This document shows, piece after piece, positions 40,632-55,733 of a DNA stretch of 64,000 nucleotides. The translations under genes and the position numbers were made by a program. The notes beneath the pieces are model-generated. The model ran no database searches. It saw only the letters and a list, made by a program, of their open reading frames with translations, and was not told where the DNA came from. Position 1 is the first letter of the stretch, and the number at the start of each line of letters is the position of its first letter. The DNA is from Eledone cirrhosa (lineage: Eukaryota): contig OZ024740.1 in assembly GCA_964016885.1 (NCBI GenBank), positions 162,440,001-162,504,000 on the forward strand, written 5' to 3'.

Positions 40632-40635
<4 letters not shown>
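39142..40635. repeat. Young direct + inverted duplication unit embedded in (TA)n
   Basis: 39142-39345 is repeated at 39917-40120. 40121-40585 is the reverse complement of ~39142-39650, differing in (GAA)n length. Confidence 0.88.
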
Positions 40636-40689
<54 letters not shown>

Positions 40690-42269
40690 AAAATATATGG
40701 GCATTTCTCTGTTTGTCTGTCTGTCTGTCTGTCCTTCCCTAAAACTCAAATGTAGGTGCTACTGAAATATTACCTTCCTCTTCCTTTCTCCACTTTGGTA
40801 CTACCAAGAGAAACACTGTCGCTATAGAAACATTACCTTCCCCTCTCCACTGACTTTGGTCACTGAGGCCGAGGGAATCGCTGGTTGCTATAGAGACACC
40901 ATGCACAAGCCAGAAGTAACCAGTTCGAGGCGGTTCTGACTTGACACCATGCCAAGTCTACTTATAATATATAATGGACATTTCTCTGTTTGTTTGTCTG
41001 TCTGTCCGTCTGTAAAAAAATGCCAAGGAAACAAATATACGCGGTTTCAAATCTCTATGCTTTTCAAATTCATTACATTAATCTTTATTTATACGTTTCG
41101 CTTTACGAGTGTTTCGACTTACGAGTGTTTCGGCTTACGAGTGTTTCGGCTTATCATTATATATAAACGTTTCTATTTCCATCGTTTTATCGTAAACGTT
41201 TATATATTTCCATCGTTATATCATAACGTTTATGTATCATAACGTTTATATTTCCGTCACTAATCTCTTTTTCTCCTTTTTCATTTTAACATATATTTAT
41301 TTCAAAGATTTTACCGTATAGATAACATATATATTTATACATGCATAAAAGACACACCGAGAGACGGTGAACATGTGGTGCCGAAAACATTTCTCATCCA
41401 AATCTCAACAATATCAGTATATACACTAGATTTGCTAGCAGAAAACCGCCCACCGGGTGGTTTTCTGCTAGTCTATATATATAAAACTAATAATGTCTGT
41501 CTGTGCGTGTGTGAGTTTGAATGCCTAAAACTCGAGAAGCACCCAACCGACTGTTTTCAAACTTTACACATGTAATACTTATGTTTCAGGGAGTGTTCTG
41601 AGCAAAAAGAATTTTAAATGTTCAATGCTCTAGGGACTGCATTAGGCGATTTAGCGATCTGTCTATAAAATTCTTAGTCTTTCTCTTTTTAGATAGATAC
41701 TAGCAGAGGTACCCGGCGTTGCTCGGGTATTAAATAGCAGTTATGTATACCATTTATGTCAATACTTTAGTGCTGCTTCGAAAACTATACTTTTACAAAA
41801 TCATCTGCTTTTTCCCAATGGGGGTTCCTGCCCCCAGAGGTCCCCTACTCAATATGTGCCAATTCACATTCATCTGTAGAACAAACGTAGCCCATCTGTC
41901 AAGTTTTGTGAAAATCGGTTGCGAACTCCAAAAGTTATGACGTTTTGTTGCATTGCACTGCAGTGCTTCAGTCAACTCCAAGGAAGCGGCTGAAGGGGCT
42001 TATCTGCCGAGAGGCCCTATAATCAATACCTGGAAAAATGAAAGTGCCCATGACCATCCGGAGTACATAAGTAACCTATGTCTTAACTTTGGTGAAAATA
42101 CTGTAGAAATGCATAAGGCTTACACACACACGTGTGTGCGTGTGTGTGTGTTTGTGTGTGTATGTATTTGTGTGTGCGTATGTATATGCTTGTGTATGTC
42201 CGTCGGCGCATCCATTTATACCATAAGCATAGTCTTGTCTTTGCATGAAATTGTTCTTCTCAGTCCACA

Positions 42270-42521
<252 letters not shown>

Positions 42522-42789
42522 TTTGTACGGCTTTTGGAGGAAGGAGTAACCAGCAGTACGTTGTTCGGTATTATTACGAAAAGGTGTAGCAGAGAATCCC
42601 GCGTGAACTAACAGCTCGGGAGGAAACTGTTTATGTCGAACATTCATTCGCCATCGTTCTTGTAAACGCTCCGTTTTTTGGTATTTATTGGTCTACAGTT
42701 AGATGAATGAATGGCGCACAAAGAGTTAATCTTTATTGCCAAGAAGTTTTTTGAATAATAAAAGACGGGTTAAAGCAACATACAATGTA

Positions 42790-42857
<68 letters not shown>

Positions 42858-42860
42858 TAC

Positions 42861-42896
<36 letters not shown>

Positions 42897-43199
42897 AGCG
42901 AAGATAATACGTCAGCAATGACGTCTTCGTCAGAATGTCGTTATGCAGACAGCCAGGCATACAAACAGATATTATAAGGGCTCGACGGCGATCTATAACC
43001 GGCGCCTAACACCCCTTTAACAACAGAAAATTGAAAAATAAAAGCTGCAGTTAGTATCTTTAGACCGCAAGGAATATATAAATGCAAGTTTGAAGTCAAT
43101 CGGAGTAGAAATGTGGATTTGTATAGACTTTGCAAAAATGAGGACACACAGACAACATCAGTTTTATATATATAGATATACATATAACGTTGCGCCCTT

Positions 43200-43325
43200 A
43201 ATAATTGTTTCTACTTTAGGCACAAGACCAGCAATTACCCAGTACATTACTGGTACTTTATTTTATCGACCCCGTAAGGATGAAAGGCAAAGTCAACCTC
43301 GGTGGGTTTTGAACTCAGATCGTAA
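43200..43325 (-). mobile_element. Main-family SINE, truncated
   Basis: Core and 3' end are present. Confidence 0.8.
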
Positions 43326-44549
43326 ATATCTGAGTTGCGCTCTTAATAATATCTGTCTGTATGTCTGATGTCTGCATTACGTCACTTCCCTGGGGATGTC
43401 TGTCTGTGTGTGTGTGTGTGTATGTGTGTGTGTGTCTGTGAGTTTGAATCCCTAAAACTCGAGAAGTACCGAACCGACCTTTTTCAAACTTTACATGTGT
43501 ATTACTTATGTTTCAGGAAGTGTTCTGCATATAAAAAATTCAACTCTTTGATCCCCTAGGGCCCACATTAGGTGAAAAACTGCGTTTTTTCAGCTTTTTA
43601 GGGGTTTTTTGAGGCGTTACGTCAGACTGATTTCCTTGAAATTATAAATATGTATTAGTCATTCTCTTCTTCATACCGTGAGCAAAGAAATTCCAACTTT
43701 TTTATCGCCTAGGTCCCGCATTAGGTGAAAAACTTCATTTTTCAGCTTTTGGGGGCTTTTTTGAGGCGTTACGTCTAGCCGATTTCCCGAAATTTCAAGG
43801 CATATTATGCACATAAAAAAAATTCATTTTCTTAATTCCCTAGGGCCCGCATTAGGTAAAAACCTGCATTTTTCCTGCTTCATCGAGGAAAATCTTAAAG
43901 ATTATCCAGCCATCAGAGTATTCGGTTTATTTTCTTTACATATTGTCCAGGCATGCAGTTTTTCGACGATTAGGTCTGTTGGCGGTCTGCGTTCCAAAAT
44001 ACCTTATCCCGTGCAACACCGGGTACCACTGCTAGTAATATCTAAAGTCATTGTCAGATCTTTGTTTCTGTATCTTTGCATTATAGACTTCAGACAATAA
44101 AGTGTCAAATGATATAACCTTGGCATGATGGTATAAACGAAACAAGAAACAAAATATCTATATTAATAACATTTGACGTGTGATGGTTCGGTTTTGGTGC
44201 AACATATATTTGTCGTTGAGTGCAAATATATGTAAATGAATAGATATATCAATAAACATACACGCGAATATGTAAATACATAAACAAATGGAAAGAAATA
44301 CAAGTAAGGGAAGAAGGGAGGAAAGAAAGACAGAAAGGAAAACAGAAGGAAAGAAAGAAACAAAGAAACAAAGAAAGAAAAAATGTTTTTTTTTCTGATA
44401 TCAGACAGTTTTTCGATGTCATTGAAATAGTTTAAGACAGTATGATTTCATTTTCTGTTATTCGCCAATTATTTTACTTACCATTACTGTGTCAAGTTTA
44501 TATTAAAATGTTGTTATATGTACACCCGCGAAAATAACTCATACACGCA

Positions 44550-44602
<53 letters not shown>

Positions 44603-44825
44603 TGTATTATACATTTGTTGCAACTATCCAAGGGCAAGAGCACTCAGTCCATAAGACGAGTTAAGTATAATTAGTTACAACAGTGACATATACAACATGT
44701 CACTGTTGTAACTAATAAATAAATATATATATATATATATATACTTCGTTTTTGCATGTTTGTTTGTATAGATACACACACATACACATATATATATTTA
44801 TGCATACATATATATCAATATATAT

Positions 44826-44857
<32 letters not shown>

Positions 44858-44879
44858 GGTATGAGTATATGCATATATA

Positions 44880-44951
<72 letters not shown>

Positions 44952-44952
<1 letters not shown>

Positions 44953-45065
44953 TGACAGATTAAAGTCTAAGCAAAGAATCGCTGCTTTCACCCTTAACGG
45001 GATCTTCTGAAACTAAAAAAAATCAACCTGTGAACGCATAAGTAAATATTTCGAAAACGTTAAAA
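44952..45065 (-). mobile_element. Penelope-like terminal fragment with HHR-like motif, between (TA)n tracts
   Basis: Near-identical to 55970-56080. Confidence 0.78.
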
Positions 45066-45090
45066 ATAATGTAAATAAGTTAGTTGAATG

Positions 45091-45135
<45 letters not shown>

Positions 45136-45173
45136 TATATATATATTATATATATATATATATTATATATATA

Positions 45174-45331
<158 letters not shown>

Positions 45332-45949
45332 GATTCCTGTTTTACTCTTCATCCCTCATGAGCCGATGAAATGATATATCAGCTAAGTATAATTGACATA
45401 TGCTAGAAATTATTATTCTTATAATCTAACAGTTTTTAATTTACGTACAAAGTCAGCAAATTAGGGAGAATCGATTGTCGATTAAATCGACATTAATACT
45501 TAACTGGTACTGTTTTATTAGCTTTTGAAGAGTGAATGTCAAAATAGATCCCGGCGGAATTTGAACTCCGAACGTGGAATAAAAACAACTACTACACAGC
45601 TTCTTTCCCCGATATTCTAATGATTCTGCCAATCCCTCAAAGAAACAATAAAATAATTTTAGTGAATATAATAGCATATGTGTATTTTAATGGGTACAAT
45701 GATTCTAGATGGATGCAATTGATTTGGAATTGCGATTCCAAGTGCAGTGATCCTTGTCATTAATTTAATAGCAACAGAATACTACGAACAAAATTATACC
45801 GTAGAAAGGATTGTTCTTGTCAAGAAATTTGGAGTTGCTCTCACTCAGGTGTAGTTTTTGTTAATCAAGATGTTGTACGGGCTGACATTAAGTATATTAG
45901 CAAACGTGCGTAACACTATGTTCATCATGCAGAAGGCATCCCATGGATC

Positions 45950-46100
45950 TTTTAGCAGTATCGGTAGAGAGTCGGACACCATGAGTTCAAATCCCGCCGA
46001 TGTTAACTTTGCCTTTAATCCTTACGGGGTCGATAAAATAAAGTACCAGTAATGTACTGGGTATTTGCTGGCCTTGTGCCAAATGTAGAAACAATTATTT
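45950..46100 (+). mobile_element. Main-family SINE with internal deletion
   Basis: B box, core and tail are present. Confidence 0.8.
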
Positions 46101-46360
46101 GTAGAAAATATTTATTAAACTGTTTATGGCCAGTAAGTGACTGAAAAATAAGATAAATACATATCCGTACAGAAACGGCACAAGATTTAACTAAAGTTGA
46201 GTAAATGTGTAAGAGAATACATTAAAATATGTATACATGTTTACGTATTTCCAGAGCAAGAAAATGTGCGAATGATCTGATTTGAGTTTCAATTCTAATT
46301 AGAAGCATCCCCAGAGACAGAATTCACTGTACTATTTCTCTGCATATATGTATCTATCGT

Positions 46361-46670
46361 GAAGGTGCGTGGCTTACAGGATAGGGCGTTCGGCTAACGA
46401 TCAAAAGGTCACGAGTTAGAATCTCATCAGCGTATTTTATCCTTGAGCAAAGCTCTTTATTTCTCAGAGTTCCAGTCCCCCTCAACTGTCAAAAATGAAT
46501 TGTATCTGTAATTCAAAGGACCAGCCTTGTCATGCTGAATCTCCATGACAATTATGTTAAGAGTACACGCGATTTTGGAAAGCTCAGTCACTTGGACGTT
46601 CATTTCATGAGCAGGCTGTTCCGTTGATCGAACAACTGGAACATTCGTCATCGGAACGGGCGGAAGTCCA
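46361..46670 (+). mobile_element. Second tRNA-derived SINE family
   Basis: tRNA-like head (GGTGCGTGGCTTA..GAGTTAGAATCTC) and CCTTGAGCAA segment. A related minus fragment lies at ~19790-19890. Confidence 0.6.
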
Positions 46671-47163
46671 ACATGTGTATCTATCATAAATCTCAACTGC
46701 TCAGTGCACGTTTTAATTTATAATTGGATTAGCTACCAGTGTAAGTACTAATATTATGCAATCTTGAATATCAAAGTCGTTAGTGCTGCCATACTTGTTA
46801 GCCTTATGAAGCAATTATTAATGTATTTCTTTGAAGAAAAAGAAAGGTGTACACGACCCCTGGGGATGACTCTAATTAGAGTCGAAACACGAATCAAGTA
46901 ATTCCCTCTTTTCTGGTCCACAGAGAAATACATAAAAAAAAACGTATTTAAAAACTGGCACGTTTTTACACGTCAGTATATTTATTTACAGGCGGCGAAT
47001 TGTCATAGTCTTTAGAACGTAGGATAGAATGCTTTATGGTATTCGATCCGGCTCTCTGCTCTCGGAGTTTAAATCCCGCCGAGGTCAACTTTGCCTTTCA
47101 TTCTTCGATAAAAAAAAGTACCAGATAGTACTGATGTCCATGTTTTCTCTATATCTCTTTCTC

Positions 47164-47215
<52 letters not shown>

Positions 47216-49119
47216 TTCTATTTTTCTCTGGAATAAATCTGCTGTACTCTGGCCTAGAGAGGGATTGAGTCCGCCAGACTTAAAATGCCGAAGAAACGGC
47301 GCACCTACAATTCTCTCAGGTGTTACGGGACCATACATACATATTTATTTACATATTTACGAATGTTCGTTTAAATCTTGTAGCCTCTCTGTACAGATAT
47401 GTATTTACAGTTGAGGACTGTCACACTAACAATCTAACCGCATTATTTATTATCTTTTTTCATGGAGTGTTTGAAGCAGTGGTGTTCACCCAAGCATGTT
47501 AATGAAGCGTGAAGATAACATCAAGTTTTCACAAATGTGTCACAAATTATGTTACAACGCGCACCAGGACAAAACAAGCACAACCATGAATATGGCATTA
47601 TTATTATAATTGAGATATTAGAAAATAATTAGCAATTTTATATTTATAATTAAAGTGATATCGCATTTCTGATCTAGATTCACAAAACTGAGCAAATAAA
47701 GACACATCTGCGTGGTCGCTTGGCTTGCTAGAAATAGCAATCTAATTTCCATCAAATTTCACATTACCGTTAAAAATGCGAGAGAATACTTTTGTTAGTT
47801 AGACAGAATGAAAGACAGTATCCGTGATTCTTTTAAAGGTCTCTAAGATTGTTGTAAGGTTAGGAGGAAAGTACTCTCAAACTGGTGTCGAGGCTCCAAC
47901 GATTGCAACATAGTGAACATCCGAGGGACCCGTGGGCCGGATTCTGGTATTAAACCAAGTGATAGAGTAGGTTAACCATCCAAGGAAGCCATGGAGGCAA
48001 TTAAATCCAAGATGTAAAGAGTTAAAACAAATACTGTGAAACCTCTTGTTTGACGCTCTAATGATTCTACCACTGCTCTTGACTGGCAATTTATATTCCG
48101 AATGAAAGAATGAAAAGCAAATTTGACCTTGGTGAGATTTGAACTCAGAACACTAGAATCCCGAATAAATATCACAAGACACTTTATCCTACGTTTTAAC
48201 GACGCTGCCAATCGTTGCCTTGATACTACACTGTCTAAAAAAAAATACCGAATGGTAGTTGCTGGAGCATCTCTGTTCGATCAGGTTTGTCCTTGGGATA
48301 AACATTATCAACAATAACAACACTCATACTGTGGATATAGCTGCTGTTGATATAGCATATAGTTGCATTGAAATTGTGTAACGTCACCATAGAGACGCTG
48401 CGACATTACGTATGTGTTTGTATTTTGCATGTTTAATTCATCTCATTTGAGGCGGTCGCATGTTTTTTTTATCGGAAATCCCTTACAGCAATTCACAAAA
48501 GTTATTTAAAACCCGGATTAAGTTCATTGTATTTTCGATTATAATTTCCGAATTTAATCTTTTTACAACTCTCAAGGATCTAAAAAGTCAGTGATTAACT
48601 ATAGTTTCTGTGGTTTTATATGGATGCAAAATTAAATTCTTCCGTGATAGTACACCAATCTATCATAGTCGACATTACAAGTTGCGAACTTTAAAAAAAT
48701 ATTTAAAGACAAACAGCTGGATGAAGTGTCCTCCTATCTAGAAAGACAAGGAAACAACTACATCACGCTTGATTTTAGCTAAAAAAAAAATAAAAAAATT
48801 GTATAAAATTATTGCATTCTCCCAAGTACTTCAATGGAAATTTGAAAAATTAGCTGATTAGTAAATTAACATTGGAGAATAAATTTTTTTTTTTTTTTTT
48901 TTTGGTACATTGGATTTTTGATCAGATTCTGGATATATTCATGAAACTGATTCAGAAAATACCACTCGTTTGTTCCAGCAGCTCTTAAACCTACATTTTA
49001 CCCTTCTGGAATGGTATTATAAGTTGCTCGTAAATCTAAATGCCTCAGAAGAATTAAATTCTAACTATGGTTTTGCTGTTGTTTTGTTAATGAGGCTCTT
49101 TTGTATGTATATTATAGTT

Positions 49120-50200
49120 GTACTAACACGAATTCTGTCATGTTACAAGTGTCGATATGGCTTCATAATGAAGAAATTGTTTAAACAGACAAAGTTTTTT
49201 TTGTTTGCTTTTGTGTTGCAGAGAGTACACATTCATTGAACAGAGAAAAACTGACTGATTTTGTTAAAAAAAGCTTATTTTGCATATTTCAAAGTACAAC
49301 TAGGTAAACAAAATAAGTCCAGGTCTTTTCATGTTGTGTGTAAAATGTGTATGGAACATCTGTGACAATGGACAAATGGAAAGGTGAGAGGCCTAAAATG
49401 ACGTATACCAATGGTATAGAGAGAAACAAAAAACCACAGTGATGACTGTGGCTTGTGTTCGTTGATTATAAAGGTCATCAATAGACATGATCGAAGAAAA
49501 GTGACGTATCGTGACAGATGTAGCTAGATGGTTAGAGTACATTTAGATAAAATACCTGTCCCATCATTCAACCGTTTACTATAACTCTCTCAAGAATATG
49601 ATGAATCAGTATGGTAGTTGAAGAAAACAATATCATCAATGAAAACTTGGTTGATAAAGAAATGGTCATATTACTGCCACTGCACATTTAACTAGGTTTG
49701 ATGAAACACATTAAAGGTTCTAAGCAGAGATGCAGCGGGGTTTGGCTACGTATATAGAAACTTTTCTGCGTTGACCATGGAAAAGCTGAAGGTAGGTATT
49801 TTCGACAGACCTCAAATCCAGGATCTCACGAAAGACCCCTGATTAAATGGCCAAGATTGAGGCACCTTCATGGCCATCGTTTCGAATGGTTGTGAAGAGT
49901 CTCCTTCAGAACTAAAAGGATAATAACTACGGTGAAATTGTGGATAATATGCTCTCTTCTTTTTGTAAACTTGGCTATCAAATGAGTATCAAACTGCATT
50001 ACCTTCATTTGGATAGTTATCCAGATACCATCGGTGATCTAAGCGAGGAACAGGGTGGATGATTTCACCATGAATTAAGGACCATAAACGAACGCTACCG
50101 CAGATAATGGCATACTCACATGATGGTGGATTATTCCTGGCATATCCAATATGAATGTGCATGAACAATTCATCAGGAGAAATCTCAGAAATTCAGTTTA
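49120..50200 (+). pseudogene. Degenerate DNA transposase, CMC/Chapaev-3-like
   Basis: Manual translation gives KKAYFAYFKVQLGKQNK..HVVCKMC, RETKNHSDDC, LLPLHI*LGLMK, EKLKVGIFDRPQI, LGYQMSIKLHYLH, GDLSEEQGG*FHH, MMVDYSW. The family assignment is from recalled motif similarity. Confidence 0.68.
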
Positions 50201-51141
50201 AGTGAAATGTCACAACGAGAAACTTCATCTGTCGTTCGTGTTTCAAACTTGTTTGAACATAATAAATATTTATTGTAACTTATTCTTGTTTGATGCTGAT
50301 ACATTATTTCCTTCATACATTCATCATACTTTTGTATTTAATTGGCAACAACAGTGTTTGCCAGTCAACGATTATATAATGATGTCTATTATATATATTC
50401 ACACACACACACACATACGCACGTATATATATATAGAGAGAGAGAGAGAGAAAGAGAGAGGGGGAGAAAGAGAGAGGGGGAGAAAGAGAGTGAGAGAGAG
50501 AGAGAGGGGTGGGGGTAGAAACTAATGTCATTCTTAGAATCAGTAACCTCAATAAACCTCAAATCAAGTTTAACATCTAAGTTACCAAAGGTTGTGTTCC
50601 CCAGTATAATTCATTTAAAGAAATTTCGTATTTGTATAATGTTTTCAAAAAGCATTTTTTCTTGAAAAATAAAAGTATTGAACTTATATTTAGATTCTGT
50701 ATAAGGTTGCTTTTCAGCATATCTTTGAAGGTTTGATCTTCAGGCAATATATGTCTGTGTGTAAGTGGGTATATCCGTCACAAAATGGTTAAACTGTAAA
50801 CGAGTGAGACAATCCCTCTACTCTCTCCTTCTCTCTCTCTCTCTCTATATATATATATACGTGTGAAGGTATCTCTGTGCGCGAACGCGTATATATATAT
50901 ATGTATAATATACTATGATATATATATATATACTATATATATATATATATATAATATATATATATAATATATATATAATATATATATATATAATATATAT
51001 ATATAATATATATATATAATATATATATAATATATATATATATATAATATATATATATATATACTATATATATATATATACGTGTATGTGTGTGTATGTG
51101 TGTGTGTTTGTGTGTGTATGTATTTATGTATGTATGTTTAT

Positions 51142-51191
<50 letters not shown>

Positions 51192-51327
51192 TATATATGA
51201 ATATGTATATATATATTGTTATACTTTGGGAGGGTCATGTTGCTGGAACTAAATGTATATATATACATATTCATATATATACATATTCATATATATATAT
51301 ACATATTTGTATATATATATATACATA

Positions 51328-51417
<90 letters not shown>

Positions 51418-52098
51418 ATGACACCAAGGCTGTTTAAGTTAGATAAAAGAGTTCAAGTTATGGATCGTTGATGATTTTGAATCACTCTCTTATAGTATAG
51501 TCTTCCGAACAGACAACAATATAGTAAAATAAAACAGATAAACATCATTACTGAAGCTGCCACCATCATTGTATCTACACGTTTGCATTTGTTTCTTATT
51601 ATTGCTGTTGTTATTGTTCGGTTGTTATCGTTCTTGTAGTTGTCACTGTCAAATCTTTTATCGGCTGTGAGTTTGTTTCAGACCTGCTTTGTTTACTGTA
51701 AGATTATAAATATTGAGTCTGTTTCAACTTCATAGCTGACATCGAACTTAAATGTATTTGTGTGTATGTGTAGGTGTGTTTATGTGAACATGTGTCTGTG
51801 TGTCTGTGTGTAAACAGTTGCGAATATGTGACGGAGTTTGCCTGTGAGTTTTGTGTTTGCGTTGGTTAGTGTAAGATCGCAATGGCGCGAAACCTATCGA
51901 ATCGTGAGATAAAGAAATACAGTTTAAATAAATAATACACTCTATAATGCGTATTGAGTACTCAAATGCTCTTTCAATGGGAAACTAGATCATTTGACAA
52001 TATACAGAGAGAGAGAAAGATAGTTACATGTGTGCGTGTATGTATACATGTATGTATGCATGTATGTATGCATGCATGTATGTATACAAGTATGTGTG

Positions 52099-52132
<34 letters not shown>

Positions 52133-52294
52133 TGTATGTATGTATGTATGTATGTATGTATATGGTAGGAAGCGCCATGAGAAAGAACGTGTGAGTCCGC
52201 TCACAGCATCTAGAAATAGGGAAGAGTTGAGCATAAAGTTAGTGACCCCTCATAAAAAAAACCATGTGCTACTGGTACTCTTTACTGACGGCTG

Positions 52295-52360
<66 letters not shown>

Positions 52361-52539
52361 TGTGTCTGTGTGTGTGTGTGTGTGTGTGTATACATCTATG
52401 TATTATTAGAAGATGTAAGGATCACAAACGCAGAAAATAAATGTAGCTACAACTAGTTGTTATAAACAGTAACTTAGAAAACCGAGTGAATTACTCCTAT
52501 AGACGGAAATAAAGTGGCCAGCAGCCGTTTTCTAAGTAG

Positions 52540-52820
52540 CTCTTCTTCTTCGCCCACTTATTCGTGAGAGTGTCATGGCGGCAGAGTCCTTAAAACATAC
52601 TTCCAGCAGGTGTTGCCAGAAGCAACCGTCACCACCTTATCAGGCTTGATTCCTAAGCATGATTAGCCAACCATCTTGCTCGGGGTCTACCCATGGCTTT
52701 CTTGCCGGTTGGTTTTGCCCGTAAAATCTGTCCAGCGATTCTTTCTTGAGACATTCTAACCACATACCCATAGTATCAGAGCTGTGATCTCTCAATTCGG
52801 AGAAATAGTGGCTCTACCTT
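52540..52820 (-). mobile_element. RTE-type LINE 3' remnant
   Basis: Minus translation RIERSQL*YYGYVVRMSQERIAGQIL..KPTGKKAMGRPRARW, with a (GAA)n tail. Confidence 0.65.
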
Positions 52821-54049
52821 AGCAGCTGTTGGCCAATTTTTCATTGGCTCACTTGAACATTTTGTTAACAGTCACAGCACAAATCCTGTGTAATTTGGTT
52901 TCACAGAACCAGAAAGAGCGCGGCTAAGTAGGACATTGCACGTACAATTTATTAATGGACTTATATAACTTCATCACAAGGTTCCTGCCTTTAATCCGAT
53001 ACCCAACCTAACCAATGGGAAGGGAGAGTATATGTATACAGGAAATTTGTGGTTATATATACGAAATATTATTTGATCTTGTTAGTAAAGGAATTGGGAA
53101 CGAACAGGGATTATAAATTCAGTGGTAACAAGAAGTACAGAATATTTTCAGAGAATATCAATACACTCATTTATAGTACTTTAAGTAAACTGTAAGCGGT
53201 TTTAGTGTGAAAAAGAACAGATGCGTTTCATAATAATTTTGTAATGATTTTTATGAGCTGTATACTAATTTAGATTTAAAACTGGTTGATGATGGCTTTA
53301 TAAGATTTTAGATTTAGTATTTGTTAAAAGCATATGAATATATATCAATAAAAATGGTGAAGGGTTTCTCTCTAAGGTAAGATATAAGTTAGACAAGGGA
53401 TAGGTTGAATGCGGTTACTAATTTTGGTAACAATGCATACATTTCATTTGGTAGCATACAGTAAAGTACATATAATGATATAAATACACTGATCATTTTT
53501 CTTTTTACAAAATTATTAAATATCCTTGCATCAGGTTGTACTCCAGAAATTACGATATACTATTTTTCATAGTCAAATAATAAGTTATGCCAGAATAATT
53601 TATCAGGCTAAAATTGTTATTGAAAAAGTAAATCGCTCATAAACAACAGAAGGTCTAATAAAGGTTTAGAATAATCTTTTTCCAACTTATACCTCGACCT
53701 CACTTTCGTCATTACTAATTATATTTATATATGAGCAAAGGCAAAGAGCAACAGATAAAATGAGTTGCTCTGAAAATTAACTCTATTTTTGTTCATATTG
53801 CCTAGGAACAAGAATACAAATTAGTTATCCAATCCTCCGTGATATATTCTACCAATTTCCTTAAACTATTTGCTACATAAATATCTTCATAGATTCAAGA
53901 CCCCACAAATGGCCTTATTATTGCTAAAGATCCAAAGGCCACAAATTTCGTCTTTTCCGAAGACTATAAACATGGTAAGAAGAAGTGTAAACAAAACGGT
54001 AAGTTTAAGAAGCATTTGAAGATATGTGCATCCCAACGTATATGGATAT

Positions 54050-54215
54050 AATAATTGTTTCTACTTTTGGCACAAGGCCAGCAATTACCCCAGTGCATTA
54101 CTGGTACTTTATTTTATCTACCCCGTAAGGATGAAGGGCAAAGTCAACCATGGCTGGATTTGAAATTAGAACGTAAAGGGCCATAACTCTATGCTGCAAA
54201 GCATGGTTCCCGACG
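54050..54215 (-). mobile_element. Main-family SINE
   Basis: Reverse-complement core and B box. Confidence 0.8.
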
Positions 54216-54456
54216 CTGGGCGTGGAATCGAATACCGCATCTCTTGGATGTCGGAGGGGTGTGTTCACCGCTAAGAACGAGGCGCTGGCAACCAAGTCCG
54301 TCGCTTCAAAAATGTTTAAGTACATAGCTAGAAGTCTAAAACAAAGCAATTAACATAAAAACATTTAAAAGGTATATACACACACACACTTACACATACA
54401 CACACACAAACTCGCACACACACTCACACACACACAAACACACACATGCACACTCA

Positions 54457-54510
<54 letters not shown>

Positions 54511-54511
<1 letters not shown>

Positions 54512-55003
54512 CAAAGGAATTGTGGTAAGGAACCAGATGGACCATAACGCACCAGAGTACTCAATACTTAGGGTAATAGAGTGGGAAATAGGAAAAAGTA
54601 AGACCCCGACGGCAGAGCTCAAGCCGTTTCGACGGCTATTTCTGGACTAAATTAGAATTTTTAGCCTGGTGAATAAATAGTCGAACTTGTATAGACCATC
54701 CTTATATACACCATCCTTAGAATCTACTGTATACATATCACTTTCAACGCCTGACCGCTCCAGTCACTCCCCTATTGTTCTACAGGCAAGTTCAGCCACC
54801 CCTACCTCCCACCAAATGCCATGATAGACTTATTTGTGTTTACAACAAATTTTAACCAATCCTCTTGACAACTACAATCTTCCCATATAAGGAAGTACCC
54901 CCTTGACAAGTTCGGCTATTTATTCACCAGGCTAAACATTCTAATTTAGTCCAGAAATAGGCGTCGAAACAGCTTGAGCTCTGCCGTCGGGGTCTTACTT
55001 TTT

Positions 55004-55007
<4 letters not shown>
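54511..55007. mobile_element. Short TA-embedded element with ~100-bp inverted repeats (family also at ~24572-24700, 34590-34710, 58909-59027)
   Basis: 54590-54690 is inverted at 54906-55007. The copies share GACCCCGACGGCAGAGCTCAAGCCGTTTCG. Confidence 0.75.
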
Positions 55008-55040
<33 letters not shown>

Positions 55041-55649
55041 GTGTAGTGTCTAATCAAGCAATCATATGTAACCTTTTCAGAATAGATTATCTTTATGCAC
55101 TGATCCCAATCTAGAAAATTTACTTCGGCTTATATCCCCAGGAAGAATTCAGTGCATTTTCTAAAAGAATACAAAAATATAGAAAGCGCTTCTATTTCTA
55201 TTTCTAACGATAATCTCCCCTCACATGTTTATTTATCATTAAAAATTTAATTGAGAGATTACGTAGTTAACCTTGTATACCCACGCCTTGTATTTGTAGC
55301 GTGATGTTTGTAAGATCATAAGAAAGATTATGATATATGTACATGTAACCATTTGAAAAATAACGTTACTATGGAGTAGTATCATATTATTTTTTTTTAG
55401 TTATTTGTTATTTTTTATGAATTGAATAAATAAATTATTAACTTCCTACTAGCCTTCAAAAATATTTCATATCTAATATCTACATTTTGTAGATTCTTTT
55501 AATAGATTCACATTAGTAACTAATTTAGATTATTTAGATACCTAATAAATAGTATTTGTGATTAATTAATCATGCATCAAATACTGTGGAGTTAAAATAT
55601 ATTTCTAATAGAGATATTGCTGATAAATCAATGGATCATCAGAGAACAC

Positions 55650-55733
<84 letters not shown>

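Noticed and set aside
42900-42945. Hammerhead (minus CTGACGA + hairpin GACGTCA/TGACGT)
   Set aside because: No GAAA or stem III follows.
52940-53990. Possible ancient LINE RT remnant
   Set aside because: It is too degenerate to support by manual translation.
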